Shown here in pieces: positions 9,022 through 18,912 of a stretch of 64,000 bases of DNA. Numbering within the stretch: the stretch's first letter is position 1; every line of letters begins with the position of its first letter. The translations under genes were made by a program, and so were the position numbers. The notes beneath the pieces are model-generated. The model saw only the letters and a list, made by a program, of their open reading frames with translations, had not been told where the DNA came from and did not search any database. The stretch lies in IMG/VR virus record IMGVR_UViG_2061766007_004224; one strand, 5' to 3'. The DNA is from an uncultured virus (IMG/VR IMGVR_UViG_2061766007_004224). Its lineage: Duplodnaviria > Heunggongvirae > Uroviricota > Caudoviricetes.

Positions 9022-9849
9022 ATGGCAACCGCAACCGAAGAAAAGGCCATGAAAGCCGGATTTTTCAACGGCGCGTCCGAGGTCGTAAAGACCATCCACC
9101 AAATGGGCGCTGAAGCTCAGAAGAACGCTGACCTGCTGGAGCAGGAGCTGAAGGAGATCGACGGAGTGACGTTCTTCTGGAGCCGAGGAAACTACCGCTG
9201 GGAGCCTCTGCGCATCCCGCTTCCTGAAGATCAGCCGCATCCCGAAAAGCTGGCGTTCTTCACGTTGGACGGCATGATCGACTACATCCAGCAGAACGTG
9301 GAGGGCCTGCTGCCCGGCATGGGAAGCTCGGAGCGCCTGATGCTTCAGGTGGTCAACGAGAAGTACGTCGTCCTCTGGAGCAAGCCGTCCACATTCCGCA
9401 AGGACCGCCACATCATCGCAGAGTGTACCGCGCACACGCCGAAGATTTACTTTGACAGCTATATCGGCACGGATGACTTCAATACCATGCTGCTGTCGAA
9501 CTTCGTCGGCACTCCGGCTCGTGATGAACTGTTCAAGGTCGTCAAGTCACTGACCAACGAGCAGAGCATGAACACCGCAGACGATGGCGTGTCTCAGGTC
9601 GTCACCGTGAAGCAGGGCGTGTCCCTCGCGTCCAACTGCCAGTTCAAGAACCCCGTTCCGCTGGCTCCGATGCGCACGTTTACGGAGGTCGATCAGCCGG
9701 AATCCAACTTCACCCTGCGCGTGAATGAGAAAGCCAACGTAGCGCTGTTCGAGGCTGACGGCGGCGCTTGGAAGAACGAGGCAGTGGCGCTCGTCAAGGA
9801 ATACCTGAAGAGCAACCTTGCAGGCTACCCGGTCGTCGTCATTGCCTAA
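9022..9849 (+). CDS. Conserved phage protein
   Basis: DDGVSQ, NPVPLAPMRTFTEVDQPESNF, LFEADGGAWK. Confidence 0.8.
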   Translation: MATATEEKAMKAGFFNGASEVVKTIHQMGAEAQKNADLLEQELKEIDGVTFFWSRGNYRWEPLRIPLPEDQPHPEKLAFFTLDGMIDYIQQNVEGLLPGMGSSERLMLQVVNEKYVVLWSKPSTFRKDRHIIAECTAHTPKIYFDSYIGTDDFNTMLLSNFVGTPARDELFKVVKSLTNEQSMNTADDGVSQVVTVKQGVSLASNCQFKNPVPLAPMRTFTEVDQPESNFTLRVNEKANVALFEADGGAWKNEAVALVKEYLKSNLAGYPVVVIA

Positions 9850-9857
9850 GGCAAAGC

Positions 9858-9885
9858 ATAGGGGCGGCGTGGTTGCCGCCCCTAT
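9858..9885. terminator. GC-rich hairpin (terminator or processing stem)
   Basis: ATAGGGGCGGC / GCCGCCCCTAT perfect 11-bp stem; no clear U tract. Confidence 0.45.
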
Positions 9886-9909
9886 ATCCCCATCAGGAGG
9901 TCAAAGTAA

Positions 9910-10650
9910 ATGCCGAGCAGGATATTGAGCCAGAAGATCAACACCAGCAACAGCCTTAGCCATCTCAGCCCGATGGAAGAAATCGTATTCCTGCATCTCA
10001 TCGTGAGCTGTGATGATTACGGCAGGTTCTTCGGCCATCCGTCCATCTTGAAGGGAATGATGTTTCCGCTGCGCGAGTTCAAGGAGAGAGACATCGAGGC
10101 CGCTCTGCTGAAGCTGGAATCCGAGGGCATGATTCATAGATATGTGCATGAGGGAACCGTGTACCTTGAATTGACCGCGTGGACGAAGTACCAAACGCCG
10201 AGGGCGAAGGGCAGCAAATTCCCCGGTCCGGCAGATGGAGAGACCAGCGCGTATTTGCCGGAAGATGAAAACATATCCGGGCAGATGCAGGAAGAAACGA
10301 ACAAACCTGAACAGAAGCAAGCGAAACCGAAAGAGGACGAACGGTTCGAGGTGTTCTGGAAAGCCTATCCAAAGAAGGTCGGGAAGAAAGACGCTGCGAA
10401 GGCGTTTAAGAAGATCAATGTCAGCGACGAACTGTTGGAGACCATGATATCCACGATTGAGCAGTCGAAACAGTCCGTACAATGGCAGAGGGATGACGGC
10501 CAGTATATCCCGAATCCGTCTACATGGCTGAATCAGGGCCGCTGGGATGACGAACTGAAACCAGCCACCTCAGCAGTGGGCAGACAAGGAGGCTATACGC
10601 CAAACCATCATATCACGGACGGTCAGTCCGATAATCCGTTCAGGAAATAA
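9910..10650 (+). CDS. Phage replication initiator / replisome organizer
   Basis: LIVSCDDYGRF N-terminus; FEVFWKAYPKK and YIPNPSTWLNQGRWDDE C-terminus; precedes DnaC. Confidence 0.88.
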   Translation: MPSRILSQKINTSNSLSHLSPMEEIVFLHLIVSCDDYGRFFGHPSILKGMMFPLREFKERDIEAALLKLESEGMIHRYVHEGTVYLELTAWTKYQTPRAKGSKFPGPADGETSAYLPEDENISGQMQEETNKPEQKQAKPKEDERFEVFWKAYPKKVGKKDAAKAFKKINVSDELLETMISTIEQSKQSVQWQRDDGQYIPNPSTWLNQGRWDDELKPATSAVGRQGGYTPNHHITDGQSDNPFRK

Positions 10651-10665
10651 TCTGGAGGTGGAAGC

Positions 10666-11547
10666 GTGGAACATGTGCAGGCAGGAAACGCATTTGCGGA
10701 GATACTTCTTCGTAATGTCGGCTCCGATCTGGGAGGAGTAAAGGACGGAGATTATAAGGACGCAGCAGACGGCCTTTGGCATTGCGGCGTATGCAAGGAG
10801 CCAATGCAGAAAGTTCTTCACCTTCCACTTCCCGGATTCGAGAACCGGGTCGTCAGGTGTCAGTGCAGGTGCGAACAGGAAAAGTACGCGGAGGAACAGC
10901 GCCGGGAACAGTTCAGGAAAGATCAGGATGCCATCGCCCGCCTGCGCGGTGCCAGTCTCATGGATGAGAAGTTCGAGGATAGCACCTTCGACAACTTCCA
11001 GATCACGCAGGACAACGCACGGCAGTTGAAGGTCTGCAAGCGGTACGCGACGGCCTTTGATACAATGTGCGAGAAGAATCAGGGGATGCTGCTCTGGGGA
11101 AACCCCGGCACAGGGAAAACCTACGCGGCAGCTTGCATCGCCAATTACCTGCTGGAGCAGAAAAAGCCAGTAGTTATGACTTCTTTTGTCAAGCTGATCG
11201 CGGCCCTACATAAGCCGCAGGACGGAGAGACGGAAGAGACGATCATCGCCAGACTGAACCGCGCCGCCCTGCTTATCATCGACGATCTGGGTGCGGAACG
11301 GTCCACCGATTACGGTCTGGAGCGCGTGTACAGTGTCATCGACAGCAGGTATAGAACGAAGAAGCCTATGCTGTTGACAACGAACCTGACTATGAAGGAA
11401 ATGCAGTCCACAACGGATATTCGGTATGCACGCATCTATGACCGTGTGTTTGAGGTCTGCTATCCGCTGGAGTTCAAGGGTGAATCGTGGCGGTTCATCG
11501 AGGCAGAACGGCGATATGATGAGATGCGGGAATTGTTGGAGGGCTGA
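10666..11547 (+). CDS. DnaC/IstB-like helicase loader ATPase
   Basis: GNPGTGKT, LLIIDDLGAE, TTNL, RIYDR; N-terminal CxxC/CxC. Confidence 0.92.
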   Translation: MEHVQAGNAFAEILLRNVGSDLGGVKDGDYKDAADGLWHCGVCKEPMQKVLHLPLPGFENRVVRCQCRCEQEKYAEEQRREQFRKDQDAIARLRGASLMDEKFEDSTFDNFQITQDNARQLKVCKRYATAFDTMCEKNQGMLLWGNPGTGKTYAAACIANYLLEQKKPVVMTSFVKLIAALHKPQDGETEETIIARLNRAALLIIDDLGAERSTDYGLERVYSVIDSRYRTKKPMLLTTNLTMKEMQSTTDIRYARIYDRVFEVCYPLEFKGESWRFIEAERRYDEMRELLEG

Positions 11548-11549
11548 CA

Positions 11550-11942
11550 ATGGCGACAAAGAAAATCCCCTGCCCACCTGAAGCGGCAGAGCAGACATGG
11601 CTATTCCAGTGGGCAGCTCAAATGCAGCACTACAAGTGGCCGGAGCTGGAGCTTCTTTATCACGTCCCGAACGGTGGAAGCAGAAACCGCGTGGAAGCTG
11701 CGAGACTGAAAGCTCAGGGCGTGAAACCCGGCATTCCTGACGTTTGCTTGCCCGTTGCGAGGTGCGGCTATCATGGTCTCTATATCGAAATGAAGCGGCA
11801 GCACGGCGGCGTTCTGTCCGAAGATCAGAAGGAAAAGATACCGAAGCTCAGAGATCAGGGCTACCGCGTGGAGGTCTGCAAGGGCTTCCAGCAGGCGGCA
11901 GATGTGATCGAGGCATACATGGAAGGAAGGCTGACGGCATGA
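11550..11942 (+). CDS. VRR-NUC nuclease
   Basis: HVPNGG, GVKPGIPD, LYIEMK, LSEDQ. Confidence 0.9.
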   Translation: MATKKIPCPPEAAEQTWLFQWAAQMQHYKWPELELLYHVPNGGSRNRVEAARLKAQGVKPGIPDVCLPVARCGYHGLYIEMKRQHGGVLSEDQKEKIPKLRDQGYRVEVCKGFQQAADVIEAYMEGRLTA

Positions 11943-12046
11943 AGAAAAAGAACAGGATTCGCAGAATTGTCATCCGGGTGATTCGGACGCTATTCTGGGC
12001 TATCGTCTTCATTCTCGCCTTTTTTGCTTTGGTTTCAGGAGTTGTC

Positions 12047-12380
12047 CATGTCAACCGTTGTTAAGCCGTCCACAGATGATCTGCTGGTAGCCATCCGCGC
12101 TCATTGTCTGGAGTGCAGCGGAGGATGTCGGAAAGAAGTTGAGCGGTGCAGGATGAAGAAATGCCATCTATACCCGTACAGGTCAGTCACAGCGATAGGC
12201 GGCGGCAAAGAAAAGAATGACAAAAGGCAGGTCAGCCTATTTGATGTTTTGAAGGAGGTACAACATGGCGAAACAGTTTATTCTCAGGAGCGAACTGATG
12301 AAGAGGATGAAGGGGCTGGAGAAAAAAGCTCAGGAAACAGGAGACCCAAAGGCCGTCGAGTTCGCGGTCAAGGCGTATAA
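12047..12380 (+). CDS. Cys-rich hypothetical protein
   Basis: AIRAHCLECSGG...C..KCHLYPYR; SD AGGAG. Confidence 0.6.
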
Positions 12381-12456
12381 CGCCGCCCTGTCTACGCCTG
12401 TCGAAAAGCATATCTACTGCCAGTGCTGCGGAGAAAAGATCAGGGAGGCGATCTGA
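12265..12456 (+). CDS. Hypothetical protein
   Basis: SD AAGGAGG; stop overlaps next start. Confidence 0.6.
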   Translation: MAKQFILRSELMKRMKGLEKKAQETGDPKAVEFAVKAYNAALSTPVEKHIYCQCCGEKIREAI

Positions 12457-13274
12457 TGGGCAGCAACACGAAAATTGACTGGTGCGACAGTTCATGGAAC
12501 CCGGTCACGGGCTGTCTGCACGGATGCGAATATTGTTATGCGAGGAACATAGCAAACAGGTTTGGTGGCTTTGACTTCTGTAATTGCGCTGATATTGAGC
12601 AGCCGTCACAAGAGATCAAAGACATCATGAAAGGGATGCGGTATTACAGATACCCGAAAAACGGAGGCGATGCTGCTGTCGCTCCTTATCCGTTTGGGTT
12701 CACCCCGACCATTCACCGTGACAAGCTGGACGAGCCTCAGAAGTGGACGCGACAGAGGACGATCTTCGTCTGTTCAATGGCTGATCTGTTCGGCAAATGG
12801 GTGCCGGATGAATGGATAAAGGCTGTGTTTGATGCCTGCGACAAAGCGCCTCAGCATCGCTATCTTTTCTTGACCAAGAATCCGAATCGGTACATTGAGC
12901 TTGCAAAGAAGGACATACTGCCACGCAAGCATTGGTACGGCTATTCGGCCACACGTGAAGATCAGCTTTGGAATTTTCACCATGCGGACGATTGCCCGTG
13001 CATCAACCTTTTTGTCAGTATTGAACCGATTCTGGAGCCTATGGCTCCGTGCTTTTCTACTCACACCCCGGCAGATTGGGTCATTATCGGAGCGGAAACC
13101 GGGCAAAGGAAAGACAAAGTGATTCCGAAAAAAGAGTGGATTGAGAACATCCTCTTGCCGTGCCTGTATTCTGGAATACCTGTCTTCATGAAAGAATCAC
13201 TCAGGCCGATCATGGGTGAGGACTTCCGGCAGGAATATCCGTGGGAGGTAAAACATGCTGAAGACAGCCCGTGA
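12456..13274 (+). CDS. DUF5131 (phage Gp37/Gp68) radical-SAM-like protein
   Basis: TKIDWCD.SWNPVTGC..GCEYCYA, IFVCSMADLF, LTKNP, SIEP, WVIIGAETG. Confidence 0.92.
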   Translation: MGSNTKIDWCDSSWNPVTGCLHGCEYCYARNIANRFGGFDFCNCADIEQPSQEIKDIMKGMRYYRYPKNGGDAAVAPYPFGFTPTIHRDKLDEPQKWTRQRTIFVCSMADLFGKWVPDEWIKAVFDACDKAPQHRYLFLTKNPNRYIELAKKDILPRKHWYGYSATREDQLWNFHHADDCPCINLFVSIEPILEPMAPCFSTHTPADWVIIGAETGQRKDKVIPKKEWIENILLPCLYSGIPVFMKESLRPIMGEDFRQEYPWEVKHAEDSP

Positions 13275-13458
13275 AAAAGCCATCTGTGCCAAATACAGCG
13301 CACAAGACAGCGAAGGTTTCGTCCATTGTCACGAGTGCCCGCTTCAGGTTGGCGAGTTCAAATCCGACTGCATGTGCAAGGCGACCTGTCACTATAATAG
13401 GCACACGCGGGAATGGGAGTACGACGATTTCAAGGAGGATAAAGACGATGAAGGTTAG
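13255..13458 (+). CDS. Small Cys-rich hypothetical protein
   Basis: SD GGGAGG; VHCHECPL; overlaps neighbours. Confidence 0.6.
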   Translation: MLKTAREKAICAKYSAQDSEGFVHCHECPLQVGEFKSDCMCKATCHYNRHTREWEYDDFKEDKDDEG

Positions 13459-13975
13459 TCTGATCTACGGACCGAGCGACCGTGAGCTGCTGCTGTTCAA
13501 GAGGTGCATCTGGGTCACAATGGGAAAGACGGAGAACCCGAAAATCCTTCCGTCAGAAAAGCTGCTGAAGGGTGCACTCAAAGCGCGGCACAGCCCCATC
13601 CGCGTCCTGAATTTTGCGTTTTTGATCGAGGGCATACCTTCCAACATATCCACGCATCTGGCCCGTCACGTCCACGCTGTCCCCTTCATCTCCAGTCTCC
13701 GCAACGACAGGCAGGAACGCATGGACGGAGACGCTGCCCGCAGGGACACGCCTGTTGATATGATCTACTACGTCAACGCCGAGGAACTTCAGGTCATCGC
13801 CAACAAGCGGCTCTGCATGAAGGCAAGTCAGAAGACACGGGAGGCTGTCATGGCGATGTGCGCTCTCGCGGAAAAAGCATTGCCTGAGATCGGCGAGTGC
13901 CTGATTCCAGCGTGTCAGTATCACGGCGGCCTGTGCTACGAAATCGAAGGCTGCGGAAAGTGCATGAAAGCATGA
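13448..13975 (+). CDS. ThyX-like (flavin-dependent thymidylate synthase fold) protein
   Basis: HSPI, STHLARH, NAEEL..IANKRLC..A..TRE. Confidence 0.75.
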   Translation: MKVSLIYGPSDRELLLFKRCIWVTMGKTENPKILPSEKLLKGALKARHSPIRVLNFAFLIEGIPSNISTHLARHVHAVPFISSLRNDRQERMDGDAARRDTPVDMIYYVNAEELQVIANKRLCMKASQKTREAVMAMCALAEKALPEIGECLIPACQYHGGLCYEIEGCGKCMKA

Positions 13976-14193
13976 GCGGCGACAAGGTTCCGCTCAGGAA
14001 CGAAGAAGGCTATCTCGATCTGACTGCGCATGATGCCATGGTCAACGTCATGAACGAGAAACGGATGGACGAAGCGGATTATCGGCACTGGCGGCTGATA
14101 AAAACGCTCCTAAACCTGATCGACCTGATGGGCTACGATCTGCTGTCCAGAATCGAAGTCAGGGACAGAAAAAGTGGGAGGACCTACAAATGA
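13972..14193 (+). CDS. Hypothetical phage protein
   Basis: RNEEGYLDLTA...RIEVRDRKSGR motif common in Firmicute phages. Confidence 0.75.
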   Translation: MSGDKVPLRNEEGYLDLTAHDAMVNVMNEKRMDEADYRHWRLIKTLLNLIDLMGYDLLSRIEVRDRKSGRTYK

Positions 14194-14720
14194 TAAGGCA
14201 GCCAGACGCAGAAGGAAAGTACCCGCTTTCCGGCAGAGAGTATTACGCGCTCAGGCAGTTGTTCGGAATTGCCAGTGGCTTTGAAACCACGATGGGCGCT
14301 CTGGAAGATCGCGCGAAACTGATACCCGGAACGTGGCGCGACATGAAGATGATCTCGTCCGTCAGCGACAAAGCCATAACTGCCATCGTGAAGACTATTC
14401 CAGTCCGTAAGCTCCAGCATATCCTGACGGAGCTGAAGAACACTGTCGTCAGTGTTGAGGTGAGGGGGGGCGCCGGGCTACCAGTATCGAGGCGGGAGCC
14501 GTTCTGCTACGCTCCTGAGAAGTCCATCGAACTGCTCATCCAAAACACGCTGGAATGGCAATGCTTCGCCTGCCAGAAGTCCCCCAAGGAAGCGAAGAAG
14601 TGTCCATACAGAAAAGCCATCGACGACGTTTTCCCCTACGAACAGCCCGGAGATACGCCGGAGCTGTGCAAATACAGCGGCTTGAATCTGGAGGCAGAGT
14701 ATGAAGAAGAGACAGAATAA
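14190..14720 (+). CDS. Hypothetical protein
   Basis: ATGA overlap with previous gene; 176 aa. Confidence 0.7.
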   Translation: MIRQPDAEGKYPLSGREYYALRQLFGIASGFETTMGALEDRAKLIPGTWRDMKMISSVSDKAITAIVKTIPVRKLQHILTELKNTVVSVEVRGGAGLPVSRREPFCYAPEKSIELLIQNTLEWQCFACQKSPKEAKKCPYRKAIDDVFPYEQPGDTPELCKYSGLNLEAEYEEETE

Positions 14721-15042
14721 GCGAGCCGACATAAGCAGGCGTGTCCTCCAAAAGGCGAACAGCGACCCTACCGTCACCGTGATCTGCGACACGTTCTGCG
14801 GCGTGAATTGGTTTGAGAAAGTCAAAGTGTTCCCCATCTTCACCGTCTACTTCAACCCGAAGGATTTTCCGGGGAAGTACGTTGTCCGGCTGTTCGACGC
14901 CGCAAAACCTCTGCGCCTGATAACCGTCAGGGACACGTTAGAACAGGCGCGGGCGACCATCCCGCAGGGGCCGCCTCTCGGATTCCACAGGCTTATGCGT
15001 TTTCCATCTGACGACCCTGTAATAGTTGAGACGTGGTTGTGA
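14701..15042 (+). CDS. Hypothetical phage protein
   Basis: PKDFPGKYVVRLF...DDPVIVETWL. Confidence 0.7.
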   Translation: MKKRQNKRADISRRVLQKANSDPTVTVICDTFCGVNWFEKVKVFPIFTVYFNPKDFPGKYVVRLFDAAKPLRLITVRDTLEQARATIPQGPPLGFHRLMRFPSDDPVIVETWL

Positions 15043-15061
15043 CCACGAGAAAGGAAAAGAT

Positions 15062-15703
15062 ATGAACCTGAACGAGTTTTCCAAGGAAGTACACAAGAAC
15101 GCTGTCGATCATGGCTGGTGGGAAGGGGAGCGGGCTTTGCCTGAAACGCTGGCCCTGATTCATTCCGAGTGGTCCGAGGCACTGGAGGAAGCACGAGCTG
15201 GAAGGCCGATGGTATACCGCGTCTGCCACGAAGACCCGGAAGAAGAAATGATCTGCAATCCGCAGGATTTGACAGACTGCACGAGTTTCGGTAAGGAAAA
15301 GGATTGCAAATATTATGGCAAAAAGCCAGAAGGAATCGCTGTCGAGTTGATCGATGGCTGCATCCGCATCCTCGATCTGATCGGAAAGTCCGGGATTCAG
15401 CTTCAGAAGCACTACACCCTCGAAGAGCTGATGAAGGACGTTCCTGCTGCCGCTGTTCCTGAAGAACTCTCCCATCTGGTCACGCTGCTTCACTGGTATA
15501 TCTCTATGGTATACGCCGCGCCAAAGGGAAAGGGAATCTCCGAAGGGCCTGCCGCTTTCAGGGAAAGGGTGTCCCGCCTATTTGAGGCGATGGGGATTGC
15601 TTGCGTCTGGGTCAAGAAGCATGGGTGCGACCCGGAAAAGCTGCTAATCGAAAAGCATGAGTATAACAGGACCCGCCCGTATAAGCACGGGAAGAAGTTC
15701 TGA
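15062..15703 (+). CDS. MazG-like NTP pyrophosphatase
   Basis: LALIHSEWSEALEE, VELIDGCIRILD, KHEYNRTRPYKHGKK. Confidence 0.8.
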   Translation: MNLNEFSKEVHKNAVDHGWWEGERALPETLALIHSEWSEALEEARAGRPMVYRVCHEDPEEEMICNPQDLTDCTSFGKEKDCKYYGKKPEGIAVELIDGCIRILDLIGKSGIQLQKHYTLEELMKDVPAAAVPEELSHLVTLLHWYISMVYAAPKGKGISEGPAAFRERVSRLFEAMGIACVWVKKHGCDPEKLLIEKHEYNRTRPYKHGKKF

Positions 15704-15873
15704 TTTCGGAGGAAGGCCATGGAAGAGATCATCCAACTGCTGATAATCGTCCTGATGTTTGACGCTGCAATCGTGGCGGTCGGGCTGCTCAGGAAGAAGA
15801 ACATGTGGCATTTCATCTGCGCATACTGGGTAATTCTTACGATCAAGAACACTCTGGAGGCAATAGAAAAGCT

Positions 15874-16296
15874 ATGAATGACGCGAAGTTTATTGGCAAC
15901 CTGACCCGTGATCCAGATGTCAAGGTGATGACCAACGGAAAGCCGAGGGCGATGTTCACCGTCGCCGTCCAGCGGAGGTATACTAACCAACAAACAGGGA
16001 AACGGGAGGCCGACTTCATCAGCTTCATCGCCTACGACAAAAATGCAGAGCTGGCAGAGAAGTACATGACCAAAGGCCGCAAGGTGGCAATCGAGAGCCA
16101 CGTCAGAACGGGCAGCTATGAGAGGGACGGCAGGACCATCTACACCACGGAGTTTATCGTCGATCATATCGAGTTCCTGACCTCGGCTCAGTCTCAGGGA
16201 CAGCAGGAGCAAGAGCAGACACCGCCGTCTGAAGAAGCACCGCCTGAAGCTATGGGCGGGTTTACAGAAGTCGATGACGAGGAACTTCCGTTCTAA
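15874..16296 (+). CDS. ssb: Single-stranded DNA-binding protein
   Basis: IGNLTRDP, ADFI, KGRKV, acidic tail DDEELPF. Confidence 0.95.
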   Translation: MNDAKFIGNLTRDPDVKVMTNGKPRAMFTVAVQRRYTNQQTGKREADFISFIAYDKNAELAEKYMTKGRKVAIESHVRTGSYERDGRTIYTTEFIVDHIEFLTSAQSQGQQEQEQTPPSEEAPPEAMGGFTEVDDEELPF

Positions 16297-16311
16297 GCGG
16301 CAATAGGAGGG

Positions 16312-16821
16312 ATGAAAATGCTGCCGGAGAAAGCAGATCAAATGCTCAGGGAGTACAAGGTGTTCCTTGGGCGGTGTAAATACCTGACCGCGCTCATTCC
16401 TGAGCTGAAGGCTGAAGCGGCAGCGTGGAGGGAAAACCTCGCCGATGAACTGGCGGGCATTGGTGCTCAGAATCTCGACGGCATGCCACACGGTACGTCT
16501 GTCGGCAATCCGACAGAACGCCTTGGAATCATGCTTGCGGACGGATACACGCCGGATGGCCTCAAAGAATTGGAGCAGCAGATCGTCGATTACCAGCGGG
16601 AACTCAACGAGAAGAGCGTCACCGTTCATTTTGTTGAGGCGTGGCTGGACGGGCTGACAGAGAAAGAGCGCTGGATAGTTAAGATGCAGGTGGTCGAAGG
16701 AGCATACTGGCGCGAGATCATCATGGAGTACCATCGACGGTACGGAGAAGAATACAGCCGCGAAGGGCTGAAGAAGATCAGGGACGCAGCAGTCGAGAAG
16801 ATTCACCAGATGGCATCCTGA
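16312..16821 (+). CDS. ArpU/RinA-like late transcriptional activator
   Basis: LDGMPHG..VGNPTE, WLDGLTEKERWIVKM...W; last gene of replication module. Confidence 0.75.
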   Translation: MKMLPEKADQMLREYKVFLGRCKYLTALIPELKAEAAAWRENLADELAGIGAQNLDGMPHGTSVGNPTERLGIMLADGYTPDGLKELEQQIVDYQRELNEKSVTVHFVEAWLDGLTEKERWIVKMQVVEGAYWREIIMEYHRRYGEEYSREGLKKIRDAAVEKIHQMAS

Positions 16822-16824
16822 CCG

Positions 16825-16857
16825 ATACGGGCAGTTCGACTTGCCCGTATTTATTTT
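16825..16857 (+). terminator. Intrinsic terminator
   Basis: ATACGGGCA / TGCCCGTAT stem followed by TTATTTT. Confidence 0.8.
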
Positions 16858-16887
16858 GTGGAAAATCTGAAAAATTCTTGATTTTTA

Positions 16888-16945
16888 CTTGTTTGCCTAT
16901 TGCAATTTATCTTATAATGTGGTAAGATATAGACATAAGGAACCC
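16888..16945 (+). promoter_or_regulatory. Repeated promoter, copy 2
   Basis: TTGCAA-tttatcttataatgtgg-TAAGAT; 58 bp identical to 21501-21558. Confidence 0.9.
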
Positions 16946-16980
16946 CACCACCCACCAACCATTATTTAGGAGGTACAGCC

Positions 16981-17310
16981 ATGACTACCACTTATACCAA
17001 CAACATGTTCCACTTTGAACAGACCAGCCCCTGCGGTGGCTTTGTGGATGCTTACGTCAAGAAGGATAGCGACCTCGGACGGAAACTCACTCGGAACAAC
17101 AAGGAAATGCTCGACAACATGGTCAAGCTGTTTGGCGATGCGAGCAAGGTTCCGGAGGGATTCATGCTCCACATCAATCAGCCTTCGGTGAAAGTCAATG
17201 GAACCGAGTATATCTTCTACGATCACGCGACCTTCGGCGTGTGGGACCTCCGTCCAGAGGAAATCCGCAAGACCTGCAAGCGCTTCGTGAAGACCATCGA
17301 ACGGCAGTGA
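16981..17310 (+). CDS. Hypothetical protein, first gene of accessory island
   Basis: SD AGGAGG directly after repeated promoter. Confidence 0.8.
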   Translation: MTTTYTNNMFHFEQTSPCGGFVDAYVKKDSDLGRKLTRNNKEMLDNMVKLFGDASKVPEGFMLHINQPSVKVNGTEYIFYDHATFGVWDLRPEEIRKTCKRFVKTIERQ

Positions 17311-17323
17311 GGAGGGCACGGAA

Positions 17324-17509
17324 ATGAAGTTTCAGGTAATGTACAGGTTCAACCTCGGCGGCAACCGCAGGGGAGAATGGCATTTCCTCTCTGAGCATAC
17401 CGACATCATCAGCGCAAAGATGGCTGAAAGGTCCATGAAGAAGTACCTCGGTTACAAGGGCGGTAGTGTCAAGATCGTGACAGTAAAAGAGTTTTCCATG
17501 GATGACTGA
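17324..17509 (+). CDS. Small hypothetical protein
   Basis: SD GGAGG; operon context. Confidence 0.65.
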   Translation: MKFQVMYRFNLGGNRRGEWHFLSEHTDIISAKMAERSMKKYLGYKGGSVKIVTVKEFSMDD

Positions 17510-17525
17510 GAAAGGAGCAAACAAA

Positions 17526-17663
17526 ATGAAATGGTTCGTAGTACGGAACGGGAGCATCGTTTTCAGTGGGAGCGAAAAAGAGTGCTCGGAGATCGTCGCA
17601 AATGATATGAGCGGAGAACTGGAAATGTACCCAGCATCAGCGAAGACAGAATGGCCCTATTGA
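17526..17663 (+). CDS. Small hypothetical protein (45 aa, not in ORF track)
   Basis: SD AAGGAG; MKWFVVRNGSIVFSGSEKEC... Confidence 0.55.
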   Translation: MKWFVVRNGSIVFSGSEKECSEIVANDMSGELEMYPASAKTEWPY

Positions 17664-17692
17664 GAAGAGCCAACAAGCAAGGGGGGAAGATC

Positions 17693-17953
17693 ATGGAAAA
17701 GACCTATTTCGTTTCTGAGCTTGACGGTGAGAATACCGTCCATGAGTTCCCGGCTAACACCTCCATGGGAGAGTTCTTCTTCAAGGTCAGCAAGGCGATT
17801 TCCTTCAGCGACTGTTCAGGCGAGAACATCGTCGAGATCGTATTCCGGGACGAGGACTTCGAGTATCAGGGCTGGCGGCCCGGTGAGCTGTTCATCTACA
17901 TTGGCTCGGAAGGCAGCACGTGGGATGGTTGCTATCCTGAGTTCGATCATTGA
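17693..17953 (+). CDS. Acidic hypothetical protein
   Basis: G-rich SD before MEKTYF; D/E-rich. Confidence 0.7.
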   Translation: MEKTYFVSELDGENTVHEFPANTSMGEFFFKVSKAISFSDCSGENIVEIVFRDEDFEYQGWRPGELFIYIGSEGSTWDGCYPEFDH

Positions 17954-17965
17954 GGAGGTGCGATT

Positions 17966-18421
17966 ATGGGACGTGGGAATTACTGCCCGTCAGGGGAATT
18001 GACCGATCAGTGGTATATCGACTACGACGGCTACGTCTGGGACGATGACGAGCATGAGGAATGGGAACGGGATTACGAGCTGCTGGAAGAGGATGTATGC
18101 CAGATCATCGAGGCCATCGAAAAGCGGTTCCCGTCCTTCAGCTCCATCGACACGTGGGGAAGCAACTATTGGGGAGAGCATTTCCGTCTGGAGAACAAGT
18201 TCTTCCGCATCGGCACGGCTGACAACGAGTGGTCGCAGGCGGTGTTCATCCAGATGAAGGATGACCTCTGGCCGGAAGAGGTGAATCTTGCCAGCCATCA
18301 CTTCCAGACGTATTGCGATGGCATCATGTCGATCATGCTTGACACCCTCGGAGAGATCAGCCTGAGATGCGGCGCGTGGTGCTCCAGAACGGTAAAGAAA
18401 GGGGAGGCGCTGGCGGTATGA
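17966..18421 (+). CDS. Acidic hypothetical protein
   Basis: SD GAGGAGGTG; MGRGNY N-terminus. Confidence 0.8.
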   Translation: MGRGNYCPSGELTDQWYIDYDGYVWDDDEHEEWERDYELLEEDVCQIIEAIEKRFPSFSSIDTWGSNYWGEHFRLENKFFRIGTADNEWSQAVFIQMKDDLWPEEVNLASHHFQTYCDGIMSIMLDTLGEISLRCGAWCSRTVKKGEALAV

Positions 18422-18846
18422 AGTACACGATGGAAGAATGGCGGCAGCAGCGGGAAAAGTTCAGAGAGATGACCTGCGACGGAAATGCAATCGACGACAT
18501 GATGCGTCCGTACACCAAGAAGCTCTGGGAGGGCATCGAGGTCGGCGACGGCGTGACCGTCAACTACTGGACCGACCGCCACGCCTACACGGTCATAAAA
18601 CGGACGACGAAGACCCTGACCCTCCGCAGGTGCAAGGCGACCATCAGCCCAAGCTGGAAGCCTGAGTTCTATCCGGGCGGCTTCGCTGGGCACACGGCGA
18701 ACAACGCCGATCAGACCTACACCTACGAGGAGGACGAGAACGGCAGCATCGTGGTCGTCCATTGGTCAGAGAAGAAGTGCGGTTTTTTCTCAGGCTCGCT
18801 CTCGTGCAGCCCCGGTCGGCGTGAGTTCTACGATTTCAATTTCTGA
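18418..18846 (+). CDS. Hypothetical phage protein
   Basis: VGDGVTVNYWTDRHAYTVI...GRREFYDFNF. Confidence 0.8.
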   Translation: MKYTMEEWRQQREKFREMTCDGNAIDDMMRPYTKKLWEGIEVGDGVTVNYWTDRHAYTVIKRTTKTLTLRRCKATISPSWKPEFYPGGFAGHTANNADQTYTYEEDENGSIVVVHWSEKKCGFFSGSLSCSPGRREFYDFNF

Positions 18847-18912
18847 TTTCGGAACGAGATATTTTTTTACCCTTCAATCTCGAATTTTCGTATTCATGAA
18901 AGGAGAATGGTC

